Source of the DNA: a bacterium
Lineage (GTDB): Bacteria > Patescibacteriota > Patescibacteriia > JAACEG01
NCBI GenBank assembly: GCA_030641665.1
Contig: DAOWHA010000038.1
Span: 23,857 to 87,856, forward strand
Reading direction: 5' to 3'
Length of the DNA stretch: 64,000 nt
Part shown: positions 29,091 to 39,050 of the stretch, piece by piece
Position numbering within the stretch: position 1 is the stretch's first letter
Layout: each line of letters starts with the position of its first letter
Translations under genes and position numbers: made by a program
Notes under the pieces: model-generated
What the model saw: only the letters and a program-made list of their open reading frames with translations
The model's database searches: none
What the model was told of the DNA's origin: nothing

Positions 29091-31745
29091 ATGAATTTAC
29101 ATAAAAACAAAAATCAGATAAATTTTATAAAGCCGAAGAGGAAATTTTGTCGTGAGTGGACAAAATATGTTCGTATTTTTGTTTTTGCGTTTTTTATATT
29201 AGCAACCGTTATTTCATTGCAAGGCATTATGGTTAATGTTTTGGCAAATATTGAAAATTTGAGATTCACAATTAGCCATCTTGATTTTGGCTTGCGCTTT
29301 CCAGGCGAAGAAACTGATAAATATTTTACTGTTGAATTTGTAGATTCAGGAAATCCTGATAATTATTCTATCTCCACTCATCCAAAGCCGCTGCTTGAAG
29401 AAGATAAAGAACATTGCCGCAATAACCCGGCAGATTATGAAAAATGCTACCGCGATTTATGCGATCATCTTACGATTTCAAGCATGGATTCTGATACTCC
29501 ATTAGATATTTTAACAGACGCATGGGTAGGCGAAGACGACAGAATAGATACTTGGCAGGTGCATTTAAGAACGCCAGCTATAGCAGGCATGGTCGCGCAG
29601 GAGCATGGCTATGGCGTAGTTGATTCTTCCGGCGACTTTGGCTGCGATATTGCCATTGAGATTGAGGGTGATGATTATTCTTCAATTTCTGGCTGTAAAT
29701 ATAATGATGTTAATAATAACGGCATAATTGATCAAGACGAGGACACAATAAATGGCTGGGAGATACAGTTGATAGGATGCCCATACCTGCCTTCAGGAGA
29801 GCTTTTGCCAATTAGCTATTTAGACAGTTTAGGTTCAGGCGATCCAGGCGCTTGCTCATTAATAGCCACAACAACTACCAGCAACGGCTGCTATGAGTTT
29901 GCCGGTTTAGATTCAGGTAATTACGGAGTAGCTGAAGTTCAGCGGGAAAATTGGTTACAGACCTTGCCTGCTGGCCAAACTTTCTACTACTTTAACCTTC
30001 CAGCAGGAGAAGCGACCACTACTATTGATTTTGCCAACCATTATACAGAAGAAACAGGATCAATTTGCGGCATTAAATTTTATGATTATAATTTAGACGG
30101 CGAAATGAATGGCGAAGATTACGGGCTTTATAGCTGGACAATTAATCTGTTTGAAAAACAGGAGACAGAACAATTAGTTGACATAGTAACGGTTTATGCC
30201 ATAGATGGCGCTGCCACAACCTCTAATATTGTTTTAAATAACGGCGATAATTATCGCATTGAAGCAAGCGGCGCTTATTTTGCCGGAGGCGAGAACCCTG
30301 AGGATATTGAGGCTGACGCTAAATATTCGCAGGATGATTATCAAGCCAGCAGCAGTTTGCCTTGGACTGATTCAGTAAGAGGTTATGAAAGCGAAGGCAC
30401 GATTTTATTGAATTTATTAGTAGACGGGGCAGAAGTTGATTGGGGCGATTATTCAGCAGATCATATTTATTCTATCAATATGGCAGGTTCCAGCAGCACA
30501 GTTGAATTTTTAATTTATGACATATATTATCCAAATAATACAGGAAGTTTAACAGTTAAAATTTATAAGATAGTTGAGCAGACTGTTTTAGTTGATCATA
30601 GAATAACAGATTCAGATCCGGCAGGACATTATTGCTTTACAGATATAGAAGCGGGAAATTATATATTGGGAGAAGTTTTAGAAGATGATGAAGGCTGGAC
30701 GGCAACAGCGCCAATTAATCCGCCGTATTATGAATTTACTATAAATCAAGGAGATCAGCTTATCTATAATTTTGGCAATTATAAGCCGGGACAAGGCGGA
30801 CCTGATACTTATTGCGGCGACGGCATTAAACAAAGCCCGAATGACGCTTTGCTTGGCGGTCCTAATAATGACGGTTATGAAGCATGCGATGGCAGCGATG
30901 GCGTGCCAAGCGGAAAATCCTGCACTATTGATTGTAAATTAAGCGGCGGCGGAGGCGGTGGCGGTGGCGGAGGCGAGACTTATCTGACAGTGCATGACGA
31001 GCAAGTATCATGCATATCAGAAACTTCTGTTCTTGTTAGTTGGCGGACCAATAAATACGCGACAAGCCGCGTGGTTTATGACACAAAATCGCATCCATCA
31101 ACTGGCTTGCCGCCAAATTACGGTTACGCAAGCTCCACTGCCGAAAGCGCTGATAAAGTGACAATTCATTCAATGACTATTGAGAATTTAGGCGGAAATA
31201 TTCTTTATTACTTTAAACCGATTTCCAGCGCTTCTCCTGAAGTTCTTGGTAAGGAATTATCATTTAATATGGCAGACTGCTGCGGTCCGATTGTCTTGGG
31301 CGAAGAAGGCGCGCCCGAGTTGACAATTAGCAAGACAGTTAATAAGGATTTTGCGAATTCTGGCGACACCGTTATCTATAAAGTGAATATAGCAAATATC
31401 GGCAATATGGCGGCTTATAATACAGTGCTAACCGATACTTTGCCGGCAGAATTTGCCTTTATTGACGGAGGCGGAACTTTAAAGACATGGCAGCTTGGAG
31501 ATATTGAGCCGGGACAGGAAAAAATTACGGAATATGAAGTTTCTATCAGCGCGACTGCGGCAACTGGAATATACGCTAATATAGCGCAAGCCAGCGCAGA
31601 CAACCACGAACCTATCAGCGCTTCTGTTGATGTGAGTATTGAATTGGCGGCAACCGGTTTTAGTGTAAAAGAACTTATGATTTTGATTTTAGCGCTTGTA
31701 GCGCTGTCTGCCTCCGCGATAATATTAAGGAGAAAGTATTTGTGA
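29091..31745 (+). CDS. Large cell-wall-anchored surface protein (sortase substrate, LAATG sorting signal)
   Basis: N-terminal anchor then VNVLANIENLRF...HLDFGLRFPGEE; SdrD-B-like repeats; Gly10 linker; Fn3-like SWRTNKYATSRVVYD...YYFKPIS; DUF11-like repeat. C-terminus is LAATG, then a hydrophobic stretch, then RRKYL. Confidence 0.7.
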   Translation: MNLHKNKNQINFIKPKRKFCREWTKYVRIFVFAFFILATVISLQGIMVNVLANIENLRFTISHLDFGLRFPGEETDKYFTVEFVDSGNPDNYSISTHPKPLLEEDKEHCRNNPADYEKCYRDLCDHLTISSMDSDTPLDILTDAWVGEDDRIDTWQVHLRTPAIAGMVAQEHGYGVVDSSGDFGCDIAIEIEGDDYSSISGCKYNDVNNNGIIDQDEDTINGWEIQLIGCPYLPSGELLPISYLDSLGSGDPGACSLIATTTTSNGCYEFAGLDSGNYGVAEVQRENWLQTLPAGQTFYYFNLPAGEATTTIDFANHYTEETGSICGIKFYDYNLDGEMNGEDYGLYSWTINLFEKQETEQLVDIVTVYAIDGAATTSNIVLNNGDNYRIEASGAYFAGGENPEDIEADAKYSQDDYQASSSLPWTDSVRGYESEGTILLNLLVDGAEVDWGDYSADHIYSINMAGSSSTVEFLIYDIYYPNNTGSLTVKIYKIVEQTVLVDHRITDSDPAGHYCFTDIEAGNYILGEVLEDDEGWTATAPINPPYYEFTINQGDQLIYNFGNYKPGQGGPDTYCGDGIKQSPNDALLGGPNNDGYEACDGSDGVPSGKSCTIDCKLSGGGGGGGGGGETYLTVHDEQVSCISETSVLVSWRTNKYATSRVVYDTKSHPSTGLPPNYGYASSTAESADKVTIHSMTIENLGGNILYYFKPISSASPEVLGKELSFNMADCCGPIVLGEEGAPELTISKTVNKDFANSGDTVIYKVNIANIGNMAAYNTVLTDTLPAEFAFIDGGGTLKTWQLGDIEPGQEKITEYEVSISATAATGIYANIAQASADNHEPISASVDVSIELAATGFSVKELMILILALVALSASAIILRRKYL

Positions 31746-31751
31746 TAATCT

Positions 31752-32468
31752 ATGTTTCAAATAAATAAAAAAAGGTTAATAAAAACTCTAGTTTTTACGC
31801 TAGAGTTTTTAATTATCGGCATTATAGTTTATTTAATAGCTTTGCCGTTTTATCCAGCAGTAAAATATAGGTTATCGCAACAAGGCGAACCTTCGAGCAT
31901 TGACTGGCAGGATTTTGAAACCGTAAAGCAAAAAACAGGCGAAATTATAAAAAGCGAACCTTTTGTTTTAGAAAATGGACAAAATAATCAAGAAAAACAA
32001 GTTGAAAAAGAAGTTGATTTGCCGCAGGTCCAGCCAGCCGTCGCTTATCCTGCATCACAGGCAGAATATAATAACCGCGTAATTATCGCTAAAATCGGCG
32101 TAAATGCGCCGATTATTGATTCGTCTAATGAAGATTGGGCGCTGTCGCATGGCGCTTGGCGGATACCGGGAAGTTCCTCGCCTGACAAAGCAGGCAATAC
32201 CGTGATTACCGGGCACCGCTTTAAATATTTGCCTCCGAGCAATCTGACTTTTTATCTGTTTCATAAGCTTGAGATAGGGGATATTATCTTGGCGGTTTGG
32301 GAGCAAAAAAAATATTATTATAAGATAAATGAGATAAAAATAGTTAGTCCGCGCGACTTGTCAATTTTAGAGAAAACAGAAAAGCCGACCTTAACTCTGT
32401 TCACTTGCGATCCGATTTATTCGCAAAAAAATCGGCTAGTGATAATAGCGGAACTGATTGAGGATTGA
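31752..32468 (+). CDS. Sortase (transpeptidase)
   Basis: N-terminal TM, catalytic His region VITGHR, Cys motif PTLTLFTCD, conserved Arg downstream; immediately follows the LAATG substrate. Confidence 0.8.
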   Translation: MFQINKKRLIKTLVFTLEFLIIGIIVYLIALPFYPAVKYRLSQQGEPSSIDWQDFETVKQKTGEIIKSEPFVLENGQNNQEKQVEKEVDLPQVQPAVAYPASQAEYNNRVIIAKIGVNAPIIDSSNEDWALSHGAWRIPGSSSPDKAGNTVITGHRFKYLPPSNLTFYLFHKLEIGDIILAVWEQKKYYYKINEIKIVSPRDLSILEKTEKPTLTLFTCDPIYSQKNRLVIIAELIED

Positions 32469-32778
32469 TTTTAGCCTGCAAAAGACGAGATATATAGGCA
32501 ACGGTCCATAATTTGCTTAAAATTAAAAAATTAGGCAGAATAGAGCGTTAAATTTTAACTATGCATCAAAAGGAAAAATTGGAAACCAAGATAATAATTT
32601 CTAAAATTTTGATAAAATTTAGCGAAGTGTTACCTATGTACTTATTTTGTATATCCTATTGACAATTTAATCTAATAATATACACTAAAAAAATGGGGGG
32701 ATTAGATTGGTTCTTTGACAATTTCATTCCCAAAAGAAAGCTAATAAATAACGAAAAAGCGGAAAAGGAGAAATAATA

Positions 32779-33024
32779 ATGTTAAATAAAAAAATTATGC
32801 CTTTTGAACAACCAAAAATAGACACAGGCGGTCCTAAAACGCCTGAAAAATCTACGCCTGAAAAACCTAAAAAAACAGGAAAGGTACTCGAATTCTTTAA
32901 TAAATTAGGGAAAGGTTTTGATGAAGTAGGAGATAATATGGAAGTAATAAAGAAAGAAGAAGAAAAAGTTGCTAAAAAAGAATTGAAAAAGTATGAAAAG
33001 AGATTAAGAGAAATAAAAGGTTAA
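32779..33024 (+). CDS. Hypothetical small K/E-rich protein
   Basis: Strong SD AAAAGGAGAAATAATAATG. Confidence 0.35.
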   Translation: MLNKKIMPFEQPKIDTGGPKTPEKSTPEKPKKTGKVLEFFNKLGKGFDEVGDNMEVIKKEEEKVAKKELKKYEKRLREIKG

Positions 33025-33216
33025 AAGCGGCATGCCTCTTCAAAGAAATTTATTAAAACTTTGGTAATTCTTTTTTAAAGAAATGCCAAAGTTTATTTTT
33101 ATCTGTAAATTACAGCACTAAAGAAAGGAAAGGAGGTGATGAGAGATTAGTTTTCCTTGACAATCATTTTTTTCATTTTTCTTACATTAAAAAGAAAACC
33201 GAAAAGGAGAGATCTC

Positions 33217-36200
33217 ATGAGAAAGTTTATCGTTTGGCTTATAATTGTTTGTTTTTTTGGCGCAGGTCAAGGTATGCCTGCATTGGCAAATGTTGATTTT
33301 TCAGATGAATTTATCGATTTACGAAAGCCTTTGGCTTTCAGTATAGATAAAGGACCTAGCAATCCCTTTATAGTTCAAGAGGACTTTTTCAGGTTAAGGC
33401 AGGAAATCACAGAAGCCAGAGCAATGGAATTAATGCTAGCGCTAAGTGAAGAATACACGTATTCTGCTGGCAATGAGATCATTAATGAAGAGATTCGTAA
33501 TTTTTCCTTTATAACTCTAAAGTATGATCCTGTTGAAATTTTTGACTATGTTTACAAGATTGAGACAGAATTCTATTATGGACTACGTAATAGTTCAATT
33601 AAAACCCTTCATGCTAATAGAGCAAGTCCTTGGGAGAAATGCGTTCTTTTGCACGATCTTCTAATTGTAGCTGGCTATGATGTCTTTCTTGAAGAAGTCA
33701 TCATGACACTAACCGGCGAAGAGATGATGAGCTGGACAGGGGCTGAAAGTCCCTATGCAGCTGGTCTGATGTTGGGCAAGAGATACATTCCAATCATTCC
33801 TTTAAACGAGCATTTTAGTGACTTTATAGTTATGCAACCTAGGGTATCCGTACATAATATGTACGGAGATGGCCGAACCATCACCTTGGATCCGTCATAT
33901 AAAAGCCATGAACGGACAGAGGGGTACAGCGCGGAAATAGAGGTAGGCGAGAAGACAAGGTCTATTTTTAGCTCAGTAGATTCAAAAGAGTCTATTTTGC
34001 TTGATCCTGATTTAGTTAGAAATGCTTTAAAAGAACAAGAAAGTATTTTTAACAATACTGTGGGAAATTTGACTCCGAAAGAATTTTTCGGGTCAAGAGA
34101 AATTAATCAGTATTACCCCACAGAAAAAGAAAGAGGGGTAGATTTGGATCGATGGAAAGTTGTAAGACAATTTTCATCACTGCCGGAAGAACTAATGGCA
34201 AAGATAGAAATAACGATGTCAGGCGGTGAATTTTTCCAGTGCTCACTTTCTGAACTAACAGAAGAACTCTCAATAACCTATATTGAAAGTTCCGAAGAAG
34301 GATATCTGCCTGTTTTAAAACTCGGCGCGGAGATTGTGGCAACAGGGACTTCTGCTGGCTTAAACGAGACTCAAAACATTAGAGTCGGATTTTTTGAACC
34401 AGGTAAAAAAGGCTGGGAATATTCGGAGATAAAATTAATTGCTGGCGAGGATAAACATGTTTTTACTCCGGGTATTCAACAGAATGAGAAAGACCTGTGG
34501 CAAGAAGCTGAAAAATTAAAATCTTTAGTTGATGATCTTGACCCAGATCAGGAAATGCCTGATGAAGCAAAATTAAAAATTCTCAGCCTTACAGGGAAAA
34601 TGTATTGTTTTCTCTCGGGAAAATCTATTCAGAATTTGGCTAAAATGGCCAAGATAGACAATGTGGACGCTTTATCATTGGTCTTGACATCTTGGACAAA
34701 CGAAGGTGTTGAGATAAATGTAGTTAGAGATCCCTCAATGGCAGTTTCGCTACAAGAAACCCAGGACAATGACAAAGAGGCTGAAGTAAAGAGTTGGTTT
34801 GTAATAAAAGCTACTATCTGCAGCTTATATGAAAGCTTAACTCTTCAATCTTTGTTTAAAACAAAAGCTTTTTCCACTGCAAGCTGTTTTGCTGAAGCAA
34901 TGGAACAGGGAATTTCCGTGGTTATTTTGGAAAACACGGAAGACCTTGGAAAATTTTCCGCAAAGAATGAAATAAGAAACGCTATAAGGCGTTATCTAGA
35001 ACAAGGGTTTATAATTGCAATCCTTGAGCGCCCAATCACAACCGGACAGGCATGGATAGTGATGGATAAGGAGATGAAGTCCATTACCTTCCAAATTGAG
35101 AGTGATTATGGAATTATTAATGGAGGCAAAACAGGCGCAATAGAATATTCTCCTTCAAAAGCATGGTTTATCGGAGTAGCTGCGCTTGAGCTTGCAGATG
35201 CTATAATAGTATCTGTCAGCATGGTTTTGGCCGGAGGAGTTAAAGCCGGAGTAGGTTATCAAATCATGGTCGCCGGCCATGCAACAGAATTGGCATTCTT
35301 AACTCTGCCTTTTGGTATAGGCGGTGTCGTAGTTGGAACCGTCTTTATGTGCGCAGCAGTTGTTGTTGGGCACAAATTGTTGGGTAATGTTCATCACATA
35401 GTAGATGAGCATCTGCTCAACGAGATAAACGATGACTTTAACGACTTGAATATCACGGATGACGTTATAGATGACGAAGTAACCGAGGACTCGAATATCC
35501 CGGATGACGAATCAGACATTCCGAATATCTCGGATGATAATTATCATTCAGAGTACATGGAAATGGTTCACGCGAACAGTCCGGATAATTCGGAGTTCTT
35601 TAAGAATTTAGACGACTTAGAGAGTTCGGGCTTTTGGGATGAGTATTATCCTAACTGGAAGGACTTTGGCATCTGGGATGGAGTACAAGGAACATGGGAC
35701 GGTGCCGGCTTTAGTGTAGACAGGGAAATTGAACGGGGATTGGATGTCCGAGAAAGCAATCTGAACGGCGCTCTGAACGGCGTCCCGACAATCTTGATCG
35801 GCGGCTCGGACAGCATCTTTGACAGCGGCTCGGACAACTTAGATAGCTCTGACGTCGGCTTAGACACTAGCCCTAGCCCGACCGACAACTCGGACGGTAA
35901 CTCTAACATTCTGGATGACGATTTGGACAGTAGCTCGGACAACGATTTGATCGGTGGCTCGGGCAACGGCTCGGACAACAGTAGCCTTGACAGTGGCTTT
36001 GACAGCTGGTACGGCGAATGGAACAGTGATATGGACGGCTCGGGCAACGAGCCAGGCAGCTCGGACGGCGGCATAATCGAGACCTTGTACGGCAGCCAAG
36101 ACAAGATTGATTATGTATACATCACCGAACCCAAGGGCAATCCAGAGACCACTACCGGCGGCAACTGGATTTTGGATAGAGGTATGGGCGGTAGCATGGA

Positions 36201-36225
36201 CATTTGGGGCTTGTACGGTCGTTGA
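33217..36225 (+). CDS. Large transglutaminase-like (Cys-His-Asp) membrane protein with S/D/G-rich acidic C-terminal tail
   Basis: Signal peptide. ASPWEKCVLLHDLLIVAGYDVFL matches the TGase-core Cys region; HNMYGDGRTITLDPS matches the His...Asp region. Two TM helices near residues 650-720. Low-complexity DSGSDN tail. Start taken at ATG 33217 (SD AAGGAGA). Confidence 0.45.
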   Translation: MRKFIVWLIIVCFFGAGQGMPALANVDFSDEFIDLRKPLAFSIDKGPSNPFIVQEDFFRLRQEITEARAMELMLALSEEYTYSAGNEIINEEIRNFSFITLKYDPVEIFDYVYKIETEFYYGLRNSSIKTLHANRASPWEKCVLLHDLLIVAGYDVFLEEVIMTLTGEEMMSWTGAESPYAAGLMLGKRYIPIIPLNEHFSDFIVMQPRVSVHNMYGDGRTITLDPSYKSHERTEGYSAEIEVGEKTRSIFSSVDSKESILLDPDLVRNALKEQESIFNNTVGNLTPKEFFGSREINQYYPTEKERGVDLDRWKVVRQFSSLPEELMAKIEITMSGGEFFQCSLSELTEELSITYIESSEEGYLPVLKLGAEIVATGTSAGLNETQNIRVGFFEPGKKGWEYSEIKLIAGEDKHVFTPGIQQNEKDLWQEAEKLKSLVDDLDPDQEMPDEAKLKILSLTGKMYCFLSGKSIQNLAKMAKIDNVDALSLVLTSWTNEGVEINVVRDPSMAVSLQETQDNDKEAEVKSWFVIKATICSLYESLTLQSLFKTKAFSTASCFAEAMEQGISVVILENTEDLGKFSAKNEIRNAIRRYLEQGFIIAILERPITTGQAWIVMDKEMKSITFQIESDYGIINGGKTGAIEYSPSKAWFIGVAALELADAIIVSVSMVLAGGVKAGVGYQIMVAGHATELAFLTLPFGIGGVVVGTVFMCAAVVVGHKLLGNVHHIVDEHLLNEINDDFNDLNITDDVIDDEVTEDSNIPDDESDIPNISDDNYHSEYMEMVHANSPDNSEFFKNLDDLESSGFWDEYYPNWKDFGIWDGVQGTWDGAGFSVDREIERGLDVRESNLNGALNGVPTILIGGSDSIFDSGSDNLDSSDVGLDTSPSPTDNSDGNSNILDDDLDSSSDNDLIGGSGNGSDNSSLDSGFDSWYGEWNSDMDGSGNEPGSSDGGIIETLYGSQDKIDYVYITEPKGNPETTTGGNWILDRGMGGSMDIWGLYGR

Positions 36226-36705
36226 CAATACCGCTATGCGACATAAAAATAAAGCAAAAAATTAGGGCAGTTGGAATGCCCACAGGAGGAAAATTATACA
36301 CGGAAGATCTTTTAATATAATAGCCGACATATTACAAAGCAATGTAATATGTCGGCTATTTTTATTTTAATTTTTTTTAAACCCGCTAAAGATTAAAAAA
36401 TTAAAAGTCTATAAAGTTAAAATAAATTTATTTTCGACTTTATGGGTTTTTTATTTTTAACTTCTTTTGATTATTTTTTATGAATAAGTTCACTCACATA
36501 TTGGAATTTAATTATTTTTTTCATATTATTTTTTACGATTTTTTAAAACCCAATTCAATTTAGAAGTATAACTTTAAGCGATATGATTAAAAAGCAAAAA
36601 AATAAGAGCAATAGAAAAGTTGTAAAATTGATGCGGTCGCACATCTCTTATAACTTTTGATATTTTTATTTTTTTTGGCTGAATAAACTCGCTTATTGAA
36701 TAAAC

Positions 36706-36770
36706 TCACTTGCGATCCGATTTATTCGCAAAAAAATCGGCTAGTGGTAATAGCGGAGTTGATGGAATAG
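36706..36770 (+). pseudogene. Remnant 3' fragment of a second sortase gene
   Basis: About 90% identical to 32401-32468, the sortase 3' end encoding TCDPIYSQKNRLVIIAEL; no upstream ORF body. Confidence 0.5.
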
Positions 36771-37286
36771 GATATTTTAAATAAAATAAAATTTTAATTA
36801 TATTAAAAGGGCAGTAGAAAAACAATAAAAAAAAGTCAACGAGAAATATAGAATTTTCTAATAGATTTGTCGCGTAATTAATTTTTTTATATCCCGATTT
36901 TATGATTGAGAATTTTTTTATTTATAGATACCTTGCTTAAAGGAATTAATTTTGTTAAAATAAATAAAAAATTAAAGTTTTTTTTGGTTTCCGCAAAGCC
37001 AAAAAATATTCAGACTAATTCAAAGTAAAATAGGTATATTCGTATAAAAATATGCAAGATAAAAATATTCGCAAAGCAATAAAAAAATTTGCCTCTTCTC
37101 TATACAGAAAACTTATGCCCGCATACTTTGATTATTTAGGCAGCAAGGGGGTTAAAAGAAAAATAAAATAATAAAAAAAGAAAAGGTCTCCTTAGGCATT
37201 AAACCGTTTGGATCCCTTTTCGTCTTAATATTTAAATTATATAACAATAATTATAAAAAGTCAAGAATTGCTTAAATAAGCCAAGT

Positions 37287-38708
37287 ATGAAATTTTTTAA
37301 AAAAATAAAAAATGGTTTTAAAAAATATTTTTTAGTTTTGCGGGAATTTTTTGCTAAATTGCCTTTTTTTAAATTTGGCAAAAAAAACGGAAAAAAAATT
37401 TATGGCAATTTTAAAGATTTTTTAGATGAGGAAAAAGAGGAAATAGAAGAACTGGCAAGCGGAAAAGAGGGGCTTAAAAGATTTTGCTGCGATTCAGGGT
37501 CTATTTTTAAAGAATATTTCATACCGACCGAAGAAAACGGGCATAGGCCGAAAATTTTAAGAGCTAAATCCTTAGTGATTATCGCCGCGGTTTTAGTTAT
37601 TGTTAAAATGTCAGTGACCGGCTATCTGTTTTTCATTTATCCGAATCAGGCGAAAATGTCAGAACTGATTACCAAGAATATTTTAGAATTAATTAATGTT
37701 GACAGAAAAAGCAATGGAATAAGCGAACTGACAAATAATTCTGTTTTAAACGAAGCGGCTCTCAGTAAGGCGAAAGATATGGTTGAGAAAGGCTATTTTG
37801 CGCACAAAAGCCCTGATGGCCGCATGTCTTGGGATTTTATTAATAGATCGGAATACGCTTATCTGTTCGTTGGCGAGAATTTAGCAATGAATTTTACTTC
37901 AGCGCAATCGGCGCATAAAGCCCTGATGCTTTCAGAAACGCATAAAAAAAATATTTTAAGCGGCAAGTATTCAGATGTCGGACTGGCTATATTAACAGGA
38001 GTTATAGACGGAAGGAAGACTAATGTTTTAGTGCAGATTTTTGGCAGCGCGAATAACACAAAATTAGCAATGGTCTCAGCCGCTGATGATCAGACAGTTA
38101 AAAGCGAATCGCCGGCTGAAAGCGAAATAATTGAAAATCCGACAGTTGAAAAGATAGTTGCAGTTAAACAGGAAATATCAGCAGAAAATCCGCAAATTGA
38201 AGTCAAGGAGGCAAGCGCAGTTAAAGAAGAAATAAAAAAAACAGAGGAGGGGAAAAAGATAGAAGAAACTAAAGAAATAGGAGAAACAAAAAAGACAGAA
38301 GCGATAAAAGATATAGAAAAAACAGAAAAGCCAGCCGTTCAAACTCCTGCTGAAAAAATTATAGCAAAAGTAAGGGCTGCCTCTGCGTTAAGCGTTAAGC
38401 CTAAAGTAGATAATATTGATTTTAGCGGAATGAATGCCAGTTTGGCAGGCAAAGTTAAATCTTTTAATATAGAAGCTGAAAAAGAGATAACTATGGCAGA
38501 AAGCATTATAAAAATGTCGCGCTATACTTTCTTTATCGCTTTGGTAATAATCGCTGTCTCTTTACTGATTAATATATTTATTAAATTCAGAATTCAGCAC
38601 AAGCCGCTGATTATAGAAAGTATTTTGGCGATGATTTTTATAATCAGCTTAATCTATATAAAAACAAATTTTTTAGAGTATGTTTTAGAAAAAGTTTTTG
38701 TAGTTTAG
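37287..38708 (+). CDS. Membrane-anchored CAP/SCP/PR1-like domain protein
   Basis: GYFAHKSPDG...GENLAMNF...HKALMLSETHKKNIL is the CAP-domain signature; N- and C-terminal TM segments; K/E-rich linker. Confidence 0.6.
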   Translation: MKFFKKIKNGFKKYFLVLREFFAKLPFFKFGKKNGKKIYGNFKDFLDEEKEEIEELASGKEGLKRFCCDSGSIFKEYFIPTEENGHRPKILRAKSLVIIAAVLVIVKMSVTGYLFFIYPNQAKMSELITKNILELINVDRKSNGISELTNNSVLNEAALSKAKDMVEKGYFAHKSPDGRMSWDFINRSEYAYLFVGENLAMNFTSAQSAHKALMLSETHKKNILSGKYSDVGLAILTGVIDGRKTNVLVQIFGSANNTKLAMVSAADDQTVKSESPAESEIIENPTVEKIVAVKQEISAENPQIEVKEASAVKEEIKKTEEGKKIEETKEIGETKKTEAIKDIEKTEKPAVQTPAEKIIAKVRAASALSVKPKVDNIDFSGMNASLAGKVKSFNIEAEKEITMAESIIKMSRYTFFIALVIIAVSLLINIFIKFRIQHKPLIIESILAMIFIISLIYIKTNFLEYVLEKVFVV

Positions 38709-38837
38709 ATATTAATTGAAAGTTTATAAGGTCTATAAAGTCAAAGGTTTGTTTAATTTTAGCTGTTTTTGCTATTTTTTTAATTTTTTTGTATAATAAA
38801 AAAAGTTGGAGATTTATTTTGCATTTTTTTTATATTT

Positions 38838-39011
38838 TGTCTTTGCGAGGAGCCGAACGAGCGTAGCGAGAGAGAGCGACGAAGCCACGCCTAACGGGTG
38901 GTCACCCGACAGGGTGACAATCTCGTTAATTACGCAAAAAAGTTTATAATCATAGATTTGTCCGCTCAGTAATGGGATTGCCGCGTCGGCTATTGCCTCC
39001 TCGCAAAGACA
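38838..39011. mobile_element. MITE-like repeat family A, full copy A5
   Basis: TIRs TGTCTTTGCGAGGAGCC / GCCTCCTCGCAAAGACA; carries both the hairpin module and the TAATCATAGATTTGT module. Confidence 0.7.
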
Positions 39012-39050
39012 GAGGAATTTATACATTTCGTAATTTATAGAAATAAAAAA

